Positions 1 to 7,302 of a DNA stretch of 12,925 nucleotides are shown here, one piece after another. The notes beneath the pieces were generated by a model, which saw nothing but the letters and a program-made list of their open reading frames with translations, had not been told where the DNA came from and did not search any database. The position numbers and the translations under genes were made by a program. Origin of the DNA: Fibrobacterales bacterium (GTDB lineage Bacteria; Fibrobacterota; Fibrobacteria; Fibrobacterales; JAOPTW01); NCBI GenBank assembly GCA_051532055.1, contig JAOPTX010000069.1, forward strand, positions 1 to 12,925. The letters run 5' to 3'. How positions within the stretch are numbered: the first letter of the stretch is position 1; each line of letters opens with the position of its first letter.

Positions 1-1001
1 TTAAAGAGGCTGCAGAAGCCTATGAAGTACTCTCTGACGATCAAAAAAGAGCACAATATGACCGTTTTGGACATGATGCAGGACAAATGGGTGGTGGCGG
101 CGGTGGCTTTGGTCGCGGCTTCTCTAATTTTGAAGATATCTTTAGCAGTTTTGGCGATATTTTTGGCGATTCTGGGTTTGGCGGTGGCGGCGGTCGTAGT
201 TCACGACGTCAAGGCGGTCCTCCTCCAGGAAACGACCTTCAAGTTAAAGTTTCTCTTAGTCTAAAAGAGATCTCTGAAGGTGTGACTAAAAAGATTAAGA
301 TTAAAAGACAACAGGCATGTAAACCATGTGATGGAAAAGGCGGAACAGGTGTTTCTAACTGTCGTACCTGTAATGGCCAAGGCCAAGTGCGTCAAGTGAC
401 TCAATCCCTCTTTGGACAAATGGTTAATGTTACTACCTGTCCGGAGTGTAATGGTATCGGTACCGCGATCAAATCTCGCTGTAATAGCTGTAATGGCGAA
501 GGTAGAACTCGTGACGAGTCTACTATTAGTGTTAAAATCCCTCCAGGCGTCTCAGAAGGTAATTACTTAACTCTTCGCGGTGAAGGTGATGCAGGGCGTC
601 GTGGTGGTCGCAGTGGTGATATTATTGTGGTAATTCTCGAAAAGAAAGATGAGTTCTTTGAAAGAAACAATCAAGATATATACTGTACGATGGATGTACC
701 AATAACAAAACTAGTACTCGGCGGCACTCTCAGAGTACCAACCTTGACAGAAGAGGTTGAGCTTAAAATTCCTGCAGGAACACAACCTGATAAGATGTTT
801 CGACTCAGAGACAAAGGTATACCAGAGGTAAACCGTAACTCAAATATCGGCAGCCAATACATCCGAATCAAACCTTTGATTCCAACTAAATTAAGTTCAG
901 AAGAAAAAGAGCTCTTTACAAAAATTTCTGATCTCCATTCAGACCAAGAAAAAAGTCGTGAAAAGTCATTTTTTGAAAACTTTAAGGATGTCTTTTCTTA
1001 A
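1..1001 (+). CDS. dnaJ: Chaperone DnaJ (5'-truncated by the window edge)
   Basis: The frame is open from position 3: KEAAEAYEVLSDDQKRAQYDRFGH is the end of a J-domain. It is followed by a G/F-rich region with DIF motifs, four zinc-finger repeats (CKPCDGKG, CRTCNGQG, CPECNGIG, CNSCNGEG) and the C-terminal domain (VKIPPGV, GEGDAG, KIPAGTQ). The ORF-track start at 87 is internal. Confidence 0.98.
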   Translation, partial: KEAAEAYEVLSDDQKRAQYDRFGHDAGQMGGGGGGFGRGFSNFEDIFSSFGDIFGDSGFGGGGGRSSRRQGGPPPGNDLQVKVSLSLKEISEGVTKKIKIKRQQACKPCDGKGGTGVSNCRTCNGQGQVRQVTQSLFGQMVNVTTCPECNGIGTAIKSRCNSCNGEGRTRDESTISVKIPPGVSEGNYLTLRGEGDAGRRGGRSGDIIVVILEKKDEFFERNNQDIYCTMDVPITKLVLGGTLRVPTLTEEVELKIPAGTQPDKMFRLRDKGIPEVNRNSNIGSQYIRIKPLIPTKLSSEEKELFTKISDLHSDQEKSREKSFFENFKDVFS

Positions 1002-1010
1002 GAGAGCCCT

Positions 1011-2387
1011 ATGAGAGTATTATTAGCTGATCCCAATGAATCATTTGTTGATGGCATTTATCAAAAGTGGAACTTAGAAGGTTCCACTTTAAAAACGGCA
1101 TCGTCAAACACTGAACTTATGGCTGTTTCAAAAAAAGATCAGTTCGATACTATATTTATTTCAAGTGATTTTCTTATTATCAATGAACTCGATTTTATTT
1201 CGTTTATAAAAGAGCACTCTCCAAAGATAGAGATTGTTGTTCTCTGCGACAGTAAGTCAGTTCAAATTGCAGAAAATGCGTTATCAAAAGGCGCATCAAG
1301 TTATCTCCTTAAGCCATTAAATATAAATGTCTTACACGAGGCAACCCGGAAGATTAGTTTTAGAATTCGCGATCAGATTAATCACCGGACCCTTGAGGAG
1401 CATGTTCTGAAAGATCTTCTCGGTGACACTCCTGAGATGCGAAAAATTAGAAAGTTGATTTATAAAATTGGACCAACAAACTCCACAATTCTCATTACTG
1501 GTGAATCAGGAACGGGAAAAGAATTTGTTGCAAACATTATTCACCGACTGAGCAAGCGAACAGACGATCCCTTCATTGCGGTGAACTGTGGCGCTATCCC
1601 TGAGAATCTAGTAGAGTCAGAACTTTTTGGCACCAAGAAAGGCGCCTATACCGGCGCAACCGCCGATAAGCGAGGGCTCTTTGAAGATGCCGACCTCGGT
1701 ACCCTCTTTTTAGATGAAATTGGAGATCTTCCAGCTGCAACTCAGGTAAAACTTCTGAGATTTCTTCAGGATAAAGAGTTTAGACGGGTAGGCGATAATG
1801 AATCTCGCCATGTTGATGTTCGAATAATTGCTGCTACCAATAAAAGCTTGGTAAATGAAATTTCTAAGGGACGTTTTAGAGAGGACCTATTCTATCGGTT
1901 AAATGTATTTCACATTCACCTCCCCCCACTTCGTGACCGCAAAGAGACCATCCCCCACTTGGTAAAATTCTTTGTACTCAAATACAATAATGAAACAAAT
2001 AAAAATGTCATGAATATTGATAAGGCTGCACAAATTGCACTTTCATCTTATGACTATCCTGGAAATATTCGTGAACTTGAAAACATCATTGAACATGGGG
2101 TTGTTTTAGCAGAAGACGGGATTATTAAGCTTGAAGATCTCCCTCCTCAACTTCATGAAACTCCAGACTATCTCCAGCTTCCTAAGTCGACTGGAAGTAA
2201 TACAATTGATGAAATTACTCAGGAATCAAAAGAACTTCTGTCACTTGCTGATGTAGAAAAGGCTCATATAATACGAGCCCTTACGATACTTAAAAATAAT
2301 CAAACTGAAGTTGCTAAAAAACTTGGTATCTCACGATCGACTCTCTGGCGAAAACTCCAGGATCATGAGATTAAACTCGACAAATAA
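1011..2387 (+). CDS. Sigma54-interacting (NtrC/Fis-family) enhancer-binding protein with a degenerate N-terminal receiver domain
   Basis: Walker A GESGTGKE, ESELFG, GAYTGA loop, Walker B TLFLDEI, FREDLFYRL, YPGNIREL and Fis-type HTH NQTEVAKKLGISRSTLWRKL. The N-terminal REC-like fold has RVLLAD and GASSYLLKP. Starts 9 bp after the dnaJ stop. Confidence 0.95.
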   Translation: MRVLLADPNESFVDGIYQKWNLEGSTLKTASSNTELMAVSKKDQFDTIFISSDFLIINELDFISFIKEHSPKIEIVVLCDSKSVQIAENALSKGASSYLLKPLNINVLHEATRKISFRIRDQINHRTLEEHVLKDLLGDTPEMRKIRKLIYKIGPTNSTILITGESGTGKEFVANIIHRLSKRTDDPFIAVNCGAIPENLVESELFGTKKGAYTGATADKRGLFEDADLGTLFLDEIGDLPAATQVKLLRFLQDKEFRRVGDNESRHVDVRIIAATNKSLVNEISKGRFREDLFYRLNVFHIHLPPLRDRKETIPHLVKFFVLKYNNETNKNVMNIDKAAQIALSSYDYPGNIRELENIIEHGVVLAEDGIIKLEDLPPQLHETPDYLQLPKSTGSNTIDEITQESKELLSLADVEKAHIIRALTILKNNQTEVAKKLGISRSTLWRKLQDHEIKLDK

Positions 2388-2391
2388 ATGT

Positions 2392-3588
2392 CTATTTAAT
2401 TAAAAATGACTGCGATTCAGTAGTGTTTGAGTTTTTAACCACAGCTATGTATGGACCAGCACTCAACCCTTTTAATGAAACGACACCCTCTGCTCTTTTC
2501 AATTCTTGGTGATAGTGCATTACACCAGTCATAGAGTATATTGATAATACACCTTGACTCCAATCACTTGAAACCACCTCTATTCCATGATGAGTAAACA
2601 CAAATGTTCCTTTAGAATTCATGCCATATATTGGGCTCGTATCTTCACTACTCTCGGCAACATCACTACTCTCAACTATTTCACTTGACTCCACGTCAAC
2701 AGAACTTGCGGATGAAGAAATGACCTCTTTTGAAGAAAATTTAGTTGAGCTTTCTTGAACAATTTCACTTGAAGATTCAAGCACTTCAGATGAGCTTTCC
2801 AAACTACTCGAACTCACCGTTTCAGAGGATATAATTACTACTTCACTTGACGAGCTCTCAACGTTTGTGTAGACCACAAACCCATCCCAACCTTCTTCGA
2901 TATCATCCAAGGTAACACCGCAACCACCATCAGCGCCATTTCCTGAACCTAATCTATCAACTAATATCGCCCGTATACCTCCCCAATTGTTAGCGAGGTC
3001 TATATTGTGTCCAGAGTCATCCCAGAAAATGACTCGTGCTCTATGCGCTATATTATCTGGGTCCATTCCTATCAGTCGCATAGTGTGCGCAATTTTTGCC
3101 ATTTTGTCTGAGTTTCGCATAAAATAAAACCCGCGATTGATATTTTCGATGCTAAAATCATTGCTATTAAAGCTATCATCTCCATTAATTAAACCGGAGT
3201 TATCTAAAGGAGGATAATAAGGATCGTGATCAGGATTATTATAGCCGGGTGCATCGAGCCATTCAGGAAATTGATTTTCAGAAACTATTGGTGCAATTTT
3301 ATCATCAAAGTTACCCGATGGTGCATGGCTATTTATTGAAATATAGGCGCCATTAGCGACACAACGAGCAACAGCCTCTTTAGCATTAATACCTAAGCAC
3401 TGGTCGTTCCAGCCATAGGTGGCACCATGTGTGTTAGTTCGACAATGGTTATCATTTGTTGCGGCAGCCGGGCATGCATGACTCGAAAGAGTCAGATCAT
3501 AATCAAATACACATAGTGTTTTTTCCAGGGGGTTTGAAAAAAGCACCCCGCTTAAACTCATTGTTATAACTACTAGTTTCTTAATCAT
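2392..3588 (-). CDS. Secreted HAD-superfamily phosphatase-like protein with Ser-rich linker and T9SS type A-like C-terminal sorting domain (398 aa)
   Basis: The ATG at 3588 is preceded by GAGGG and gives a signal-peptide-like N-terminus, MIKKLVVITMSLSGVLFS. HAD motif I is VFDYDLTL and motif IV is VIFWDDSGHNI. An ESSSE-rich linker follows, then the tail LSIYSMTG...SLKGLSAGPYIAVVK...SFLIK. Confidence 0.8.
   Translation of the reverse strand: MIKKLVVITMSLSGVLFSNPLEKTLCVFDYDLTLSSHACPAAATNDNHCRTNTHGATYGWNDQCLGINAKEAVARCVANGAYISINSHAPSGNFDDKIAPIVSENQFPEWLDAPGYNNPDHDPYYPPLDNSGLINGDDSFNSNDFSIENINRGFYFMRNSDKMAKIAHTMRLIGMDPDNIAHRARVIFWDDSGHNIDLANNWGGIRAILVDRLGSGNGADGGCGVTLDDIEEGWDGFVVYTNVESSSSEVVIISSETVSSSSLESSSEVLESSSEIVQESSTKFSSKEVISSSASSVDVESSEIVESSDVAESSEDTSPIYGMNSKGTFVFTHHGIEVVSSDWSQGVLSIYSMTGVMHYHQELKRAEGVVSLKGLSAGPYIAVVKNSNTTESQSFLIK
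2641..2860 (-). repeat. Low-complexity coding repeat (Ser/Glu-rich linker with ESS(S)E-like units)
   Basis: Translation VESSSSEVVIISSETVSSSSLESSSEVLESSSEIVQESS...VESSEIVESSDVAESSED. An imperfect 18-bp periodicity (tcactactctc) is visible near 2644-2690. Confidence 0.7.
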
Positions 3589-3858
3589 AAATCCCTCGAA
3601 TATTACATTTACAGATCTGCGGTATGATCTATAAAATCTATAATTAATAATGAGAAGTTCTGCCTTTAAATTCTTACTTTTTGAAATGTGTAGGTTACCA
3701 ACACCCACTTACGCAAATAATATTAAACAATAACAGAGTAAAAACTACGTTATGACTAATATTTTATACAACATTGACTACAAATACAAAACATATCGCA
3801 ATCACCATAAAAGTATTATATATTATACATATAGCCACATTTCAACCCGATTTGTCTA

Positions 3859-4257
3859 ATGAATGATACAATAAATATTAAAAATGCCACTATCGGTGAA
3901 TTACAAATAACCCTTGGTAAAAGGCTGCAGAAAGAGATTAAGAATCAAGGCTCTATCACCGGTTTTGCCGAACAAACGGGCCTTAATAGAGCCACTCTCT
4001 ACCATTTGTTACAGGGAAAAAACGTAGGGACTGATATACTTATTAGGGTACTGCGTGGACTTTCAAACAATACACTCCTCGACCAACTCGTTGCCCCATC
4101 AGAACTCACGCCACTTGAGAAAATCGAGGGTCATACTCGGTTACACAATACCAATAAGACACCTCCACCGTCATTTGCAAAGATCAACCTCTCTACTGGA
4201 ACAGCAGCCACTTCATCTAATCAAGTGAATCATAAGGAAGACCATGGTACAATCTGA
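3859..4257 (+). CDS. XRE-family HTH regulator, putative HipB-like antitoxin
   Basis: HTH-like segment SITGFAEQTGLNRATLYHLLQGKNVGTDILIRVLRGL. The gene overlaps the start of the HipA-family gene by 14 bp. Confidence 0.8.
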   Translation: MNDTINIKNATIGELQITLGKRLQKEIKNQGSITGFAEQTGLNRATLYHLLQGKNVGTDILIRVLRGLSNNTLLDQLVAPSELTPLEKIEGHTRLHNTNKTPPPSFAKINLSTGTAATSSNQVNHKEDHGTI

Positions 4258-5524
4258 CACCATAGAAGTGACACTATGGGGTGAGCGTATTGGTGTAGTA
4301 TCCTGGGAGCCAGATAATGCTATCGCTGCTTTTCAATACGACCCTACATTTATAAAAAAAGGAGTAGAGATAAGTCCTATAGTAATGCCTTTAAATTCTA
4401 ATGTCTATCGATTTCCTATTCATACTCGTAGTGAAACATTTGTAGGACTCCCCGGGCTACTTGCAGACTCATTGACTGAAAAATTTGGCAACAACCTGAT
4501 GGCAACCTGGCTCGCTCGAAAAGGTCTAACCTATAATGACCTTTCACCAATTGAAAAACTCTGTTATATCGGCTCTCGTGGAATGGGTGCCCTCGAATTT
4601 GTACCCGAAGCGGATACTAGTGCTAATACCGTGATAGGCATTGAAATTGATGAACTCGCTCTCGTTGCACAAGAAGTACTCAATCAACATGAAGATTCCA
4701 AAAATGAATTGAATGATAACGACAAATTACACTCCTTAATTCAAGTTGGCACAAGTGCAGGGGGCGCCAAAGCCAAAGCTATTATTGCACTCAATAGCAC
4801 AACCAATGAAGTAATGTCAGGGCAAGCAGAATGTCCAGAGGGCTTTGATCACTGGATATTAAAATTTTCTGAAATCGAAAATAGTGAGCACTATTCAGAT
4901 AGTGATGTTGGCCGACTAGAATATGCGTATTACCTCATGGCTCTTGATGCGGGCATTACCATGATGGAGAGCCGACTACTGGATGATGGCTCACGTGCTC
5001 ATTTTATGACCCGTCGCTTTGATAGGTATCAAGGGCATAAAATTCATGTACAGACGTTTTGTGGTATAGCGCATCAGGATAGAAACCCTGCAGGTAATAC
5101 CCATTACGAAACGCTCTTTTTGGTTGCTCGAAAACTCGGACTTACCCAGCCCAGCCTTGATGAACTCTATCGCCGGATGGTATTTAGTATTCTAGCCCGC
5201 AATCAAGATGACCATTCTAAAAACCATGCATTTATGATGGATGGTACTGGGAATTGGCGTGAAACACCAGCCTATGATATAACCTTTTCGTATAACAAAA
5301 ACTCTCGCTGGATTGCACAACAGCAGATGAGTTGTAATGGAAAACGAGATAATTTTATAAAAAAAGACCTTTTAGCCGCCGCTGATGCAGCGGACGTGAG
5401 ACGCCCCGGTCCAATTATAGAACAGGTAGAGGAAAGCTTGAAAAAATGGGACTCATTTGCTATATCAGCAGGTCTTCCTCAAAAAACACGTGATAAAATT
5501 GGATCTCATTTTAGATGGTTATAA
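4244..5524 (+). CDS. hipA: HipA-family Ser/Thr kinase toxin (type II toxin-antitoxin)
   Basis: N-terminal HipA-coupling domain (EVTLWGERIG, FQYDP, LPGLLADSL, GSRGMGALEF), Gly-rich loop GTSAGGAKAK, WILKF, RRFDR, catalytic NQDDHSKNH and PAYD. AAGGA lies upstream of the ATG. Confidence 0.95.
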   Translation: MVQSDTIEVTLWGERIGVVSWEPDNAIAAFQYDPTFIKKGVEISPIVMPLNSNVYRFPIHTRSETFVGLPGLLADSLTEKFGNNLMATWLARKGLTYNDLSPIEKLCYIGSRGMGALEFVPEADTSANTVIGIEIDELALVAQEVLNQHEDSKNELNDNDKLHSLIQVGTSAGGAKAKAIIALNSTTNEVMSGQAECPEGFDHWILKFSEIENSEHYSDSDVGRLEYAYYLMALDAGITMMESRLLDDGSRAHFMTRRFDRYQGHKIHVQTFCGIAHQDRNPAGNTHYETLFLVARKLGLTQPSLDELYRRMVFSILARNQDDHSKNHAFMMDGTGNWRETPAYDITFSYNKNSRWIAQQQMSCNGKRDNFIKKDLLAAADAADVRRPGPIIEQVEESLKKWDSFAISAGLPQKTRDKIGSHFRWL

Positions 5525-5566
5525 CCTATATTTTATTACGCTTAAGATGCACTACTCGAGGACAAG

Positions 5567-6118
5567 ATGCTATCTAAAACCGAGCTGCGACGTATGTTAC
5601 GCTCTCTCCCCATTGATATTTCTCAATCAAACGCACTCAGGGAAAATATACTCTCCCTCCCTGAATGGAGAAATGCTCGCACAATTGCAGGCTATATGCC
5701 CATGAAGAGAGAAGCACAAATCACCCCACTCCTAGAATCCGCTTTGGGAGATAAAAAAAAGCTTTTTCTCCCCTGGGTAACCCCAAAAACTAATGATATT
5801 GCACTTGCACCAATTCAAGAGTTGAAAAACGACCTTGTAGTCTCTCATTATGGCATTTTAGAACCCAAAGATGAACTCAAAAAAACTACATTTGACCCGG
5901 TACTGGATATAATTCTCGTTCCTGGTATCGGTTTTGATAAAACCGGCAACAGAATTGGCCATGGTAAAGGCTACTACGATCGACTTCTTGCATGCACAGA
6001 AGGAATACGATGTGGCATATGCTTTGAGTCACATTTGGTAGAACAGGTACCCATTGATACATACGACCAGAAAATGGATCTGGTAATAACTGAAAAACAA
6101 GTGATAAGGATTTCTTAA
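5567..6118 (+). CDS. ygfA: 5-formyltetrahydrofolate cyclo-ligase
   Basis: Motifs KTELRR, YGILEP, DIILVPGIGFDKTGNRIGHGKGYYDRLL and DQKMDLVITE. SD GAGG lies upstream. Confidence 0.95.
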   Translation: MLSKTELRRMLRSLPIDISQSNALRENILSLPEWRNARTIAGYMPMKREAQITPLLESALGDKKKLFLPWVTPKTNDIALAPIQELKNDLVVSHYGILEPKDELKKTTFDPVLDIILVPGIGFDKTGNRIGHGKGYYDRLLACTEGIRCGICFESHLVEQVPIDTYDQKMDLVITEKQVIRIS

Positions 6119-7251
6119 TGCGAGCAATACTAGCCCTAGAAAACGGAATATATTTTGAAGGTAAAGCATTTGGTGCAACTGACGGCGCACAAGGTGAGGT
6201 TGTATTCAATACATCAATGACGGGGTACCAAGAGATTCTTACAGACCCATCCTATAATGGTCAGATTGTCTGTATGACGTATCCAGAAATTGGAAACTAC
6301 GGCATTAATGCTGAAGATATTGAAAGTAAACAAATTCAGGTAGGCGGGTTCATTTGTAAAAACGTATGCCCCTACCCTTCTAATCACCGTAAAGGCGATA
6401 AGGCACTCAGTGAATACCTCGCTGATAATGGCGTACCTGGAATCTACGATATTGACACTCGTAAACTTGTTCGTATTCTCCGTGATAGCGGTGCAATGCG
6501 AGGAGTATTACTTACCGGAGATATATCCGTTGAAGAAGCGGTTGCAAAAGCAAAGGCTGTAAAATCTATTGTTGGCGCTGACCTAGCAAAAGTAGTAACA
6601 CGAGAGTCAACTGATAGCTGGGATGAGCTCCCTCATACATTACAACCTTCAGCATTTACCAAAGAAACAGAGCGCTTTAAAGTTGTTGCTGTTGACTTCG
6701 GTGTTAAATATAATACTCTCAGACGTATTCAAGATCTCGGTGCAGAGATCACTGTTGTTCCTGCAAACACTACAGCAGAAGAGATTCTCTCTCACAATCC
6801 TGATGGAGTATACCTCAGTAACGGCCCTGGAGACCCAGCTGCAGTTACCTATGCAATTGAAATGGTTAAAGGTCTTATTGGTAAAGTACCTGTGTTTGGT
6901 ATCTGCCTTGGCCATCAAATCCTCTCTCTTGCACTTGGAGCAGAAACATTTAAATTAAAATTTGGTCACCGTGGTGCCAACCACCCCATTAAAAACCTTG
7001 CTACTGATGTAGTAGAAATCACCTCTCAAAATCACGGTTTCGCAGTAAAAGCGGGAAGTCTTGATGAAAAAGTTTGTGTCGTTACCCATATTAATCTGAA
7101 TGACCAGACTATTGCTGGTATTAAGCATGTTGAGTACCCTGTATTCTCAATACAATACCACCCTGAAGCATCGCCAGGGCCACACGATTCATACTACCTC
7201 TTCGATCAATTTGCTGAAAATTGTCGTACATTTAAAAACGTAAACGCCTAA
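6118..7251 (+). CDS. carA: Carbamoyl-phosphate synthase small subunit
   Basis: GEVVFNTSMTGYQEILTDPSY, LSNGPGDP, catalytic GICLGHQ, KFGHRGANHP, SQNHGF and QYHPEASPGPHD. TAATG stop/start overlap with ygfA. Confidence 0.98.
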   Translation: MRAILALENGIYFEGKAFGATDGAQGEVVFNTSMTGYQEILTDPSYNGQIVCMTYPEIGNYGINAEDIESKQIQVGGFICKNVCPYPSNHRKGDKALSEYLADNGVPGIYDIDTRKLVRILRDSGAMRGVLLTGDISVEEAVAKAKAVKSIVGADLAKVVTRESTDSWDELPHTLQPSAFTKETERFKVVAVDFGVKYNTLRRIQDLGAEITVVPANTTAEEILSHNPDGVYLSNGPGDPAAVTYAIEMVKGLIGKVPVFGICLGHQILSLALGAETFKLKFGHRGANHPIKNLATDVVEITSQNHGFAVKAGSLDEKVCVVTHINLNDQTIAGIKHVEYPVFSIQYHPEASPGPHDSYYLFDQFAENCRTFKNVNA

Positions 7252-7302
7252 GACACCTTAGGCACCACTCTTTGCTTTAGCAACTCTTAAAAGGGGTACT
7301 CC

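Noticed and set aside
89..196. Repeated GGTGGCGGCGGT sequences
   Set aside because: These are poly-Gly codons of the DnaJ G/F region, not a CRISPR or mobile repeat.
22..264. 80-aa hydrophobic ORF resembling a membrane protein
   Set aside because: Alternative frame of the dnaJ G/F-rich region: GGT/GGC Gly codons read as Val/Ala.
3589..3708. 40-codon N-terminal extension of the minus-strand ORF (track start 3708)
   Set aside because: The ATG at 3588 has a GAGGG SD and places the signal peptide at the N-terminus. The extension looks like translated intergenic DNA.
5517..5526. Palindrome GGTTATAACC over the hipA stop, and hairpin CCTAAG-acac-CTTAGG over the carA stop
   Set aside because: Both are too short and lack U-tracts, so neither can be called a terminator or att site.
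5525..5566. 6S RNA expected upstream of ygfA
   Set aside because: Only 42 bp are available. I also saw no long 6S-like rod in 3589-3858 by eye; a covariance search would be needed to exclude it.
7259..7276. Sigma54 promoter-like TAGGCACCACTCTTTGCT upstream of rlmB
   Set aside because: GG and GC are separated by 11 nt, whereas the -24/-12 consensus requires 10.
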